Part shown: one piece after another, positions 18,647 to 27,298 of the stretch
How positions within the stretch are numbered: position 1 is the first letter of the stretch
How the letters are laid out: each line of letters opens with the position of its first letter
Virus record (IMG/VR): IMGVR_UViG_3300020042_005913
Location: 1-47,669 of that record
Origin: a virus
Taxonomy: Duplodnaviria > Caudoviricetes
Reading direction: 5' to 3' (one strand)
Length of the DNA stretch: 47,669 nt
Program-made: the position numbers and the translations under genes
Notes under the pieces: model-generated
The model's input: only the letters and a program-made list of their open reading frames with translations
The model's database searches: none
What the model was told of the DNA's origin: nothing

Positions 18647-19045
18647 ATGCTTGATCTACTTACCAACGCACTAGGCGGCGGGGCACTCGGTGTATTGTTG
18701 CGTATCGGCAACGGCTTTTTCGAGAACTACAAAGCCGGTCAGGACCACAAGCGAGAATTGGAGAAGGCCAAAGCGATGGCCGAGATTGCCGCGAACAAAG
18801 CGCAATGGGATGCGTTTACCGCCAGTCAACTGGCAGCAACGCCACCGGCTAACATCTCGGATTGGGCGGCGAATGTAATCACTCTGTTCCGGCCAGCTAT
18901 CACGCTCCTGCTCCTTGTGCTGGTAACGATTGTCTTTTTCCGCGTCGCTGCACTTGAGCAAGCCGACATGATCGACGAGATACAATTCTGCGCCTTCAAC
19001 TGCATCGGTTGGTGGTTCGGAGACCGGATGAGTCGCAAACGATAA
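18647..19045 (+). CDS. putative holin (GTA 3TM-holin-like)
   Basis: Hydrophobic N-terminus, coiled segment, FRPAIT transmembrane helix and C-terminal GWWFGDR motif. Confidence 0.7.
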   Translation: MLDLLTNALGGGALGVLLRIGNGFFENYKAGQDHKRELEKAKAMAEIAANKAQWDAFTASQLAATPPANISDWAANVITLFRPAITLLLLVLVTIVFFRVAALEQADMIDEIQFCAFNCIGWWFGDRMSRKR

Positions 19046-19056
19046 CGTTAACATAC

Positions 19057-19221
19057 GTGAACATAGACACTCAAAAGGCCATTTGGACAGCCGCTACCCC
19101 AACAGTAGCGATGATCTCGTTATCGCAGATTAACGAGGTTGCTGCGCTCGTTGGTTCTTTGCTGGGCATCGCGTTTCTTCTGTGGCGATGGCATTCGCTC
19201 TACAAAAAAAGTAGGAAGTAA
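19057..19221 (+). CDS. small membrane protein (holin/antiholin-like)
   Basis: GTG 19057, 54 aa; hydrophobic helix plus basic tail KKSRK. Confidence 0.55.
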   Translation: MNIDTQKAIWTAATPTVAMISLSQINEVAALVGSLLGIAFLLWRWHSLYKKSRK

Positions 19222-19240
19222 TTTAGTAACAACAATACCC

Positions 19241-19504
19241 GTGAACCCACGTAACCTACCCTGCAATAGCCCCCGAAGAGATGTACAAGGCGGCAAGAAG
19301 TCGGTTGTGCGAGCCTGCGCCAACGGACAATCAAAGGTCATCCGCTTTGGGGATGCCAATATGAGCATCAAGAAAGACACCCCGGCTAGGAAAAAATCAT
19401 ATTGCGCTAGGTCGGGTGGAATCAAGGGAGCGGAGAATAAGTTAACTGCCAACTACTGGTCTCGCCGAGCGTGGGATTGCCCTTTCAGTACCCTAGATAA
19501 ATGA
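19241..19504 (+). CDS. conserved basic viral protein (IRFGD...RKKSYCAR...ANYWS family)
   Basis: The motif pattern is common in phages and large DNA viruses (recalled). Likely start is GTG 19241. Confidence 0.7.
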   Translation: MNPRNLPCNSPRRDVQGGKKSVVRACANGQSKVIRFGDANMSIKKDTPARKKSYCARSGGIKGAENKLTANYWSRRAWDCPFSTLDK

Positions 19505-22143
19505 ATCGTTATCGCAGTTACGCAGCTACCGATGATCCCGCTAAGACTGAGGGGGATGATTTCCTATTGGGCGTAAACTCGTACGATGCAGCGTTCAATT
19601 TGCAGCCGGGGGAAGTTCAATCAGCAACCAATATTGACTTTACCAATAGCACGGCGGCTACGCGAGGGGGATTTGTATCCCTGCCCGGTTCTGAAGACAC
19701 CGTACTTAATGATGCGTGGACGGCGGAACTCGCCAACACCGCTAGCGAGTGGAATGCCGTAGTCTATGGTAACGGCGTCTATGTAGCGGTAGCTGACGTA
19801 GCGGCTAGCGGCTTAAAGCACGTAATGACGTCTACCGACGCCCGGAATTGGACGGCTAGAAACGCTTCGGTTGCTAGCACTTGGAATTCGGTGGCTTATG
19901 GTAACGGGGTCTATGTCGCGGTATCCAACGCTGGGCTGGTGATGTCATCCCCAGATGCTATTAACTGGACTAGCCGCACAGCTTCCTCGCCCTCCCCTTG
20001 GACGGCTTTGACGTATGGCGCAGGAATCTTCCTTGCCGTAGCTAGTGCAGGAGCATCCAGCGTAATCTCTCCCTTGGTTGATGGATCCGGAGTTTACCTT
20101 GTCGATGGGTCGGGACAGAAGCTGGTCGCTGAACAGACGGTCACTCCCGGAGTAGGCCAGCAGGTAATGCAATCGCCTGATGGTATTGACTGGGAACCAG
20201 AGACCGCAGCGAGCACTGACCTGTGGTCCTCAGTAGTTTGGGGTGCGGAGTTCGTGGCGGTAGCTACCTCGGGGGGTAGCGGTAGAGTGATGACATCCGC
20301 TGACGGGGTGACTTGGACTTCTCGTAGTGCGGCTGCCAGCCTTACTTGGAGAAGTGTGACTTACGGCAATTTGTTGTATGTAGCCGTGGCCTCATCAGGC
20401 ACGGGTAATAGGGTTATGACTTCCGTTGATGGGGTGACTTGGGCCTCCTGGACCAGTGCTTCTGACAACGATTGGTACGGTGTGGCCTACGGTAACGGAA
20501 AGTATTCCGCGGTATCGATCACCGGGACATCAAACCGTATAATGAGTTCCGAAGACGGGACTACATGGGCCAGCGAAGATAACCCCTACGACTTTGAATG
20601 GACGGCAATAGGGTTTGGCGATTCCCTTTTCTTTGCCGTGGCTCAGACAGGGGCGGATTACCGGGTGATGATAACCGCGCCGGGAACTATCTTTGCCTCC
20701 GGTAGCTATTCCGACCCGAACGATACCGGTTTTCAATGGATTACGGTTGCGGGGGCACAGTCCGCTGCTTTCCACGCCTACGGTGAATCCAAACGAGTGG
20801 TGGCGTATCCGAACGGGACAGTTGTATCTGAGCAGTCCACGTTGGTTCAGGCCGATAACTATCTCTACCTGTTTATCGGGGCTACCCAAACCCCTATTCG
20901 CTGGAGCGGTAATTGGTCCGAGGATTTTGAAGTCGTCCCAGACTCTATCGGACTTCCGGGTTTTAGTAGTATCCCAAAAAGTAGTCAGGCAACATACTAC
21001 CAAAATAGATTGTGGGTGGTGAGCGGCAAAGATGCGGTGGCAGCATCAGACGTTTTGTCTTTCACCGAGTACGATGACATCGCCAACAATTTTAATCTGA
21101 ACACCGGCAGTGGGGATTTCGTGGTATCCTCGTACCCCTTTGGAAATAACAGTCTGGTGGTATTCAAGCACAACAGCAGTATCCTGTTGGAAAATGTGCA
21201 GGGGAGTCTGAACGATGTAACTGCCACTGAGATTACTCGTAATCTAGGCATCATTGGGATTAATGCCGCTACCGCAGTTGGACCCGACTTAGTTTACATG
21301 TCCGACCGGAATGTAACCTCGATTAAACTTAATCTTCAGAATAACCTTCAAGCAGCTACGGAGCCGTTGTCTCGCAATATCGCAAGTATCATCAAGCGGG
21401 TAAACTGGAATGCGGGAGCCAAGATAAGTTTAGCCTATTGGGACAACAAGCTCTACGTATCTTTGCCGTTAGATAACTCCAGTGTATGCAATAGCATATC
21501 GGTCTATAACTTCATCACCAAGCAATGGTATGGGGAGTGGACCTTCGATGAGTCAATCGACATGGCTATCCAAGGTTTTGTCCTAGCCAACTATCAGGGG
21601 TTTATTCAGCTACACTGCGTAACGGAAGATGGCCGGGTGTTTGTAACCGGGCAGGGTCAGAATGACATTAGCGGGGCTACCGTGGCGGAGATAAAAACCA
21701 CCATCGTTACTCGGGCATATCAGTTAGATGATACCTCGTTTGTTCCCCGGAGAATGTACATGGACCTATCCACCAATCGTCCTGACTTTACGGTAACCGC
21801 CTTCTCTTCCGGGGCCTCTGAAAACTCGGCAATCTTAACCGATCAGACGTACTCTCGGGCAAACAGTTGGCTCTTTGCGGACTCCGCTTACGACATGAGT
21901 AATGCCGACAACGATTACAACCGGAGCTTCAGACAGGACTACTCTACTGGTCCAGACAGTGTTCAAAGTGGGACTGGGTTCCTTCCAGAGATGACTCAGA
22001 ATTATCGGTACCCGATTATAACCCGCAAGAAGGGCCTGTTGTCTTACTTTAAGATCGTAAATAGCACCGGATTCTTGGAATTATCGGGGGTAGGCGTTGA
22101 AGCCCGTTCAGGGGACCGAGGTTCCCAAGTTCAAGTGGGGTAA
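19501..22143 (+). CDS. tail nozzle (tail tubular B-like) with inserted Asp-box beta-propeller
   Basis: 880 aa; N-terminal NIDF...TRGG and YQNRLWV nozzle-like motifs; repeated W..V.YGNG.YVAV...MTS.DG..W units at about 19710-20680. Confidence 0.75.
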   Translation: MNRYRSYAATDDPAKTEGDDFLLGVNSYDAAFNLQPGEVQSATNIDFTNSTAATRGGFVSLPGSEDTVLNDAWTAELANTASEWNAVVYGNGVYVAVADVAASGLKHVMTSTDARNWTARNASVASTWNSVAYGNGVYVAVSNAGLVMSSPDAINWTSRTASSPSPWTALTYGAGIFLAVASAGASSVISPLVDGSGVYLVDGSGQKLVAEQTVTPGVGQQVMQSPDGIDWEPETAASTDLWSSVVWGAEFVAVATSGGSGRVMTSADGVTWTSRSAAASLTWRSVTYGNLLYVAVASSGTGNRVMTSVDGVTWASWTSASDNDWYGVAYGNGKYSAVSITGTSNRIMSSEDGTTWASEDNPYDFEWTAIGFGDSLFFAVAQTGADYRVMITAPGTIFASGSYSDPNDTGFQWITVAGAQSAAFHAYGESKRVVAYPNGTVVSEQSTLVQADNYLYLFIGATQTPIRWSGNWSEDFEVVPDSIGLPGFSSIPKSSQATYYQNRLWVVSGKDAVAASDVLSFTEYDDIANNFNLNTGSGDFVVSSYPFGNNSLVVFKHNSSILLENVQGSLNDVTATEITRNLGIIGINAATAVGPDLVYMSDRNVTSIKLNLQNNLQAATEPLSRNIASIIKRVNWNAGAKISLAYWDNKLYVSLPLDNSSVCNSISVYNFITKQWYGEWTFDESIDMAIQGFVLANYQGFIQLHCVTEDGRVFVTGQGQNDISGATVAEIKTTIVTRAYQLDDTSFVPRRMYMDLSTNRPDFTVTAFSSGASENSAILTDQTYSRANSWLFADSAYDMSNADNDYNRSFRQDYSTGPDSVQSGTGFLPEMTQNYRYPIITRKKGLLSYFKIVNSTGFLELSGVGVEARSGDRGSQVQVG

Positions 22144-22162
22144 AATCTAACAACTATCTATC

Positions 22163-22657
22163 ATGTCTAACGTAACTCCCGGATACACCTTCACTGGAAC
22201 TACCGACCCTATCACTTACACTAAGTTGAATTTGTTAGCGACTCCCACGGTTGCTCTTAGTGTGGCGGAGGTAACTACGTCCAACATTGATTCAAATATA
22301 ACCATTTCGGGGTTAACCATCGCGGCTAACACGCCCTTTATCGGGTCAGCCTCTACGGAAACGTACTCAGCAGCCATAACGCTCACCATTAGTAACGCGA
22401 AGGGTAACACGCGATTGATTACGTGTACGAACGCAACGGCCTTTAGCGTGACCCCCTCGGCGGCTGGGGTCGCAGGCGAGAGCATGTACATTATCTTCCT
22501 GACTAACGCTACGGGGGGTAACGTGGTTACCTACTCATCCCCATTCAAGAGCCTTGGTACCCATACCCTGACCGGGGCATCGAGTTTGTTCACCTCTCAC
22601 TTTATCTGCAACGGAACTAACTGGTGCGAGGTATCCCGTACCGCAGCTCTGAGCTAA
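22163..22657 (+). CDS. tail-associated protein
   Basis: 164 aa; VTPGYTF...TKLN N-terminus and C-terminal CNGTNW.E..R motif seen in fibre domains. Confidence 0.65.
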   Translation: MSNVTPGYTFTGTTDPITYTKLNLLATPTVALSVAEVTTSNIDSNITISGLTIAANTPFIGSASTETYSAAITLTISNAKGNTRLITCTNATAFSVTPSAAGVAGESMYIIFLTNATGGNVVTYSSPFKSLGTHTLTGASSLFTSHFICNGTNWCEVSRTAALS

Positions 22658-22682
22658 CTGGTAGTATATAACCTAAACGTAT

Positions 22683-25124
22683 ATGGCCTACTACGACGAT
22701 CCAAATTCTGATTATTATTACCCCGGTCAGTATGAAGATACGACGGTCTCGGGGACTCCCGTCAACACCAACACCAATCTTTCGGGTTCCCTGTTAGACT
22801 ATCTAAACTCGTCCCCGGCGTTTATAAACGAGTACAACCGGATAACCAGCCTACCTAATCCAGATCGTAGAACTCCGGAACAGTGGATGCTCGAACATCT
22901 TTCGACTTACCCGGAGGCAATGGACCAGTTTCAAGCCTTTGTATCTGCCCCCGCAACAACTACCACGGTCTCGGGGACTCCCGTTATCCCTGCGGCAACT
23001 ACCGTTATCCCTGCGGCAACTACCGTTATCCCTGCGGCAACTACCGGCACTGTCAACACCGGCACTGTCAACACCGGCACTAACACCGGCACTAACACCA
23101 CCGCTGCTAACACCACCGCTGCTGGAACCACCGCTGCTAGAACCACCGCTGCTGGAACCACCGCTGCTGGAACCACCGCTGCTGGAACCACCGCTGCGGG
23201 AACCACCGCTGCGGGAACCACCGCTGCTGGAACTACCGCTGCCGCTACCGCTACCGCTGCTGCTGGCCCCTCCGCGTTCGAGCAGCAATGGATAAATAAC
23301 AATCCGGGGTTAGCTCAGACTCAGTTTAAAACTCTTACTCCTGCAAGGGGTGAAGTCGCTAAGTTTGTAAGAGACTGGAATATTGCCAATAATGTTACTA
23401 CTCCGGATAAAACGGACTCGGCCATAATTAACGAGCTTCGGTACGGAACCCCTAACGTAAATCCCGCTACGGGTAATCTGTTTACTGATGCCGAGCTATC
23501 GGCTAACTATAGTAGGGATAACGCGGGAGCTAAACCCGACGCAACGATGTTGGCTGGCTACAAAACTAGCCTCGGGATTACCTCGGTTGGCCCCAGCACA
23601 GGCACCGGCACAGGCACCGGCGGCACCGGCACTGGTGCCGATGGTAGAAATTTAAGTTCCGAAGCTCTTGCCAACTTGCAGGCTCAGATCGATTTAGCCT
23701 CTCCACAGTACGATGCCTACGCCGCCTACGCTCCAAAATACGCTGAAACCGATATATCTGTTCTAGGGGAATCTTTGTTTGGGAAAGGTTATAAGGGAAA
23801 TCTATCGGACATAAATAAGAGATTAACCGATGACGCGGCAGCTCAAACCGAGACCAGTAATACGGCTCTACGAAGGGGCGATATTGAGGATGTCCAAACT
23901 TATGGTAAGAGCGTATCGGACATTCAAAGGGCTGCTAACCCAGACCTCTACACCGCCCGCGATGAGGTAAAGAGAATCACCAACCTAGGGCTTGACCCAA
24001 CTGCGGAGTTTAACCGCATGCGGGGCATGGCCTATGAGGGATTTGACCCGGCCAATCCGTTTGCCATTCGGGACGTTGGGCAGAATTTCTATTCCCCCAT
24101 GGTGGGTACGGCCAGCGATATCGACCGCGCACAGGTAGACCGGAACGATATCGGCCTAGCGACAGCCACTCAACGCCTAGCCGAGTCAGGCGGGCCTTCG
24201 GCCTTGCAACGTACCCTAGAACAGCAGGCCATGGAGGGTCTGGCTCTTGGACGTAACTTGTCTCCAGAGGATATACGCAATGCCCAGCAGTCCGCCCGAG
24301 AGGCATACTCTGCTCGCAATCTGGTAAATACCAACGCAGCCGTAGCCACTGAGGTTCTCAACCGGGAGGCTCTCGGAAGGCAGCGTGAGAAGGAACGCCA
24401 AGATTACGCAGCGGGCGTTGAGCAGGCCGGGTACGCTCAGAGGCAACAGGGTTTCCAGAACGCCATCGGATTATCGGATGCCTACCGGGGATACGGTTCT
24501 TTGGGTCTGCAAGCCTCATTAGCTAATCAATCCACAAGTGCTCAGATGGCTCAGTTGGGTCAGCAGGCTGATATGTCTAATCAGCAGTCGGTGCTGGACA
24601 CGAATCGACTCAACGCTAGCCAGCAGGGCGTTAATCAACAGGCGGACCTCAGTCGCAGTCAGCAGAACTTGCAGTACCTGAATAGGGCTGACGCTAACCG
24701 GATGAATATTTTCAGCCAGCTTGGTACGCTGGACCAGAATGAGACTGCTCGTAAAGCTCAGGCATTAGCCCAGTACCAGCAACAGTTCCAAAATCAGATT
24801 AGTACCCAGATTGACCCATTCCAAGGTGTTCTCGGTAGGGCATCGACCAATTCTGGGAATAACCAAAACCTATTTGATAAATCCTCCGATTCTAGCGCAG
24901 CCGCTAAGGCTACCCGCTCGCAGTTCGACCCCTTCTCAGCCTACGGAGGGGACTTGGCCAACACGAACTACAACGCTCAACAGGCGAGTAAGATTTCTGC
25001 GGCTAATAACGCAGCAGCTATACAGGCTGCTAACATACAGGCGTCGGCAAGCAAGTCTGCTGGCATAACGGGTCTGCTTGGTTCTCTCGGTGGGGCGGCT
25101 TTGGGTAGCGCGGCTCTCATGTAA
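22683..25124 (+). CDS. putative internal virion (ejection/pilot) protein
   Basis: 813 aa; Gln/Ala/Asn-rich helical region and C-terminal GLLGSLGGAALG membrane-like segment; follows the nozzle. Confidence 0.7.
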   Translation: MAYYDDPNSDYYYPGQYEDTTVSGTPVNTNTNLSGSLLDYLNSSPAFINEYNRITSLPNPDRRTPEQWMLEHLSTYPEAMDQFQAFVSAPATTTTVSGTPVIPAATTVIPAATTVIPAATTGTVNTGTVNTGTNTGTNTTAANTTAAGTTAARTTAAGTTAAGTTAAGTTAAGTTAAGTTAAGTTAAATATAAAGPSAFEQQWINNNPGLAQTQFKTLTPARGEVAKFVRDWNIANNVTTPDKTDSAIINELRYGTPNVNPATGNLFTDAELSANYSRDNAGAKPDATMLAGYKTSLGITSVGPSTGTGTGTGGTGTGADGRNLSSEALANLQAQIDLASPQYDAYAAYAPKYAETDISVLGESLFGKGYKGNLSDINKRLTDDAAAQTETSNTALRRGDIEDVQTYGKSVSDIQRAANPDLYTARDEVKRITNLGLDPTAEFNRMRGMAYEGFDPANPFAIRDVGQNFYSPMVGTASDIDRAQVDRNDIGLATATQRLAESGGPSALQRTLEQQAMEGLALGRNLSPEDIRNAQQSAREAYSARNLVNTNAAVATEVLNREALGRQREKERQDYAAGVEQAGYAQRQQGFQNAIGLSDAYRGYGSLGLQASLANQSTSAQMAQLGQQADMSNQQSVLDTNRLNASQQGVNQQADLSRSQQNLQYLNRADANRMNIFSQLGTLDQNETARKAQALAQYQQQFQNQISTQIDPFQGVLGRASTNSGNNQNLFDKSSDSSAAAKATRSQFDPFSAYGGDLANTNYNAQQASKISAANNAAAIQAANIQASASKSAGITGLLGSLGGAALGSAALM
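22983..23264 (+). repeat. coding tandem repeats: 21 bp x3 (VIPAATT), GTVNT/GTNT units, about nine 15-bp units (TTAAG)
   Basis: Directly visible, e.g. ACCACCGCTGCTGGA arrays at about 23097-23240. Confidence 0.9.
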
Positions 25125-25130
25125 ACTACG

Positions 25131-25934
25131 ATGGACTTGGAATCTAAAATTAGTGGGGCGCAGAACTTGGTGCATAGGGTATTGGCACAGGCTAAGACCC
25201 CTTCCATCATGAGTTCCTTCGGTAAGGACTCCATGGTCATGCTCCATCTTATCCGGAGCCTTACGGGTAACCTCCCGGTAGTCTTCTACCGGGAACCGTT
25301 CATGCCCAAGAAATACCGATTTGCTAACGCGGTAATCGATGAGTGGGATTTAACGGTACACGACTACTCCCCGCTAGAGACGTACATGACGGAGAAGGAC
25401 GGGTGCGTGGAGGTTGTGAATGCCTATACCTCGGGTAAGAGGTCGCTATTCCTTCCAACGGGGATTTGTAAACCAGAGGAAGGGGAGGTTTCGCTATGCG
25501 CCCTGCACGACATCTACCTCAAGGCGACTGGTACGTACACCTTCCCTTGGGACGTAGTTTTTGTGGGGCATAAAAGCACCGACGTTGACCCGATTCAAGG
25601 GGCGGTACCCCTTAGTGCTGACTACGCCAACTACGTGGACTGTGCCAGCATAGCCTACCCGCTAAGGCACTTCACCGATCAGGATGTCTGGGACTACACT
25701 GAGAAGTTTAATCTGCCCATCCATCACACCCGATACGAGAAGGTCGAGGGTAAATGGGGCGAACGTAGCGACAAGCGTTTTAACCCTGACTACTTCCCGG
25801 CCTGCACCGCTTGCATGGTCCCCGAGTCGGGTTCAGTGCCATGCCCCCGTTTGGGTGGACTGATTGTAAGCAACATATCGGATAAACTCCGCTGGTTGCC
25901 CAAGCAAAATTTCTCGCACATGTCGTCCAATTAA
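25131..25934 (+). CDS. phosphoadenosine phosphosulfate reductase (PP-loop) family protein
   Basis: SSFGKDS PP-loop, VFVGHKSTD, YPLRHFTDQDVWDY, C-terminal CTAC...CP. Confidence 0.8.
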   Translation: MDLESKISGAQNLVHRVLAQAKTPSIMSSFGKDSMVMLHLIRSLTGNLPVVFYREPFMPKKYRFANAVIDEWDLTVHDYSPLETYMTEKDGCVEVVNAYTSGKRSLFLPTGICKPEEGEVSLCALHDIYLKATGTYTFPWDVVFVGHKSTDVDPIQGAVPLSADYANYVDCASIAYPLRHFTDQDVWDYTEKFNLPIHHTRYEKVEGKWGERSDKRFNPDYFPACTACMVPESGSVPCPRLGGLIVSNISDKLRWLPKQNFSHMSSN

Positions 25935-25954
25935 TCCTTTCTAGAAAAACTACC

Positions 25955-27286
25955 ATGGCCTATAACCCCGGAATCACCGATAGAAGTGGAGAGATCCTCG
26001 CCCAAGGTACGGCTGCTGCTGCCCAGATTCGTATGCAGGGTTACCAGAACGCCACCAATAGTTTGTTGAAAGGTTTCTCCGACCTGAGCAAGAAACAGCA
26101 GGAAGAAGAAGTTAAACGTAACGAGACTCTTGCGAAGTTTAAATCCGACCCTTCCTTGGCCCTTAAGTTATCTGAAAAAGGTAACGAGGATTTAAAAGCT
26201 AAGTACGATAAGCTCAATAAACCTACCGATGGGTTCTGGGCTGGTCTTGCTGGTCGTGGGGACAAGGCAGATTCCGACTTACTAGCCAAGTTCGCTACCG
26301 GCACCCAAGAAGCCACGGTTCGGAGATACCAAGCGGACGAAGCAGATCGGCAAGTCAAAGCCGCTGAAATCCTAAAACGGGATGCGGACCTACGAAAGGT
26401 AGCTTCCGATACCGATGCTAAGAGGTTTGACCTAGAGTCTACTAGGGCGAAGGAAGCGACCGCTGCGGCAAAAATGGTAACGGACGCGTATGCCCGAAAT
26501 ATTGAACTGAACAAGAATCTACAAAGCCTGTACAATCCGGGTGCCCCATCCCTCGTTCGTGTCCCAACCGATTTTACGGGAGCCTTCGACCCATCGTCTA
26601 GGGTACTTCCAACCGGGGTACCGGGTTCATTGATGGGTCAATCGAGTATGATGCGGGATAATGTTAACCCCCCTCCTACACCCACCGGGTCGATTACCAA
26701 TAATTCTTTTGTACGGAGCCCTAATATGGCCCCGATGGGTATGTCAGCAGCGGGGATTCCGCCCCCTCTTGACCGCAACAATGGTTTTCTAGCCGGGGCG
26801 AAACCCTCCTTCACATCCCCGGTATCCCCCGCCTATAAAACCGTAACCTCTGGTCGTGGTGCGCGGGCAGGCGAAAACAGCTTACTTGCTAATCTCGTTG
26901 GATCTGGGGTGTTCCTTACGGATGCACAAGTTATGGATGCGGCTACGAGACAGGCTGAAATAGACCTTAATAAATCTAAGCTGGCTGAAGGTACTACTGG
27001 ATTAGTTGCTGATGTGAACGGGAACCCGATAACTTGGGTAGTCCGAAATGGGGTTGTGGTGGAAGCTGGTTCGGGTCTCCCGCTAGAGGAACAACAGACA
27101 GACGCCGCCGGAACTACTACTAGAAAACCAAGGGAGTATTTCCCTAGCTTTGGTGTTCCTAGGCCTAGGGGTACACGTACCGGACTGCCTACTGCGGGCT
27201 ACGCCACTATTATACCTAAATACGGTGATCCTAAAAAACTTACAACCTCGAACGGTACTGAGTACACTCGTACGCTAACTAAATAA
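25955..27286 (+). CDS. putative internal virion (ejection) protein
   Basis: 443 aa; helical N-terminus (DRSGEILAQG), Pro-rich linker; precedes the giant virion protein. Confidence 0.65.
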   Translation: MAYNPGITDRSGEILAQGTAAAAQIRMQGYQNATNSLLKGFSDLSKKQQEEEVKRNETLAKFKSDPSLALKLSEKGNEDLKAKYDKLNKPTDGFWAGLAGRGDKADSDLLAKFATGTQEATVRRYQADEADRQVKAAEILKRDADLRKVASDTDAKRFDLESTRAKEATAAAKMVTDAYARNIELNKNLQSLYNPGAPSLVRVPTDFTGAFDPSSRVLPTGVPGSLMGQSSMMRDNVNPPPTPTGSITNNSFVRSPNMAPMGMSAAGIPPPLDRNNGFLAGAKPSFTSPVSPAYKTVTSGRGARAGENSLLANLVGSGVFLTDAQVMDAATRQAEIDLNKSKLAEGTTGLVADVNGNPITWVVRNGVVVEAGSGLPLEEQQTDAAGTTTRKPREYFPSFGVPRPRGTRTGLPTAGYATIIPKYGDPKKLTTSNGTEYTRTLTK

Positions 27287-27298
27287 TACCCGTATCTC

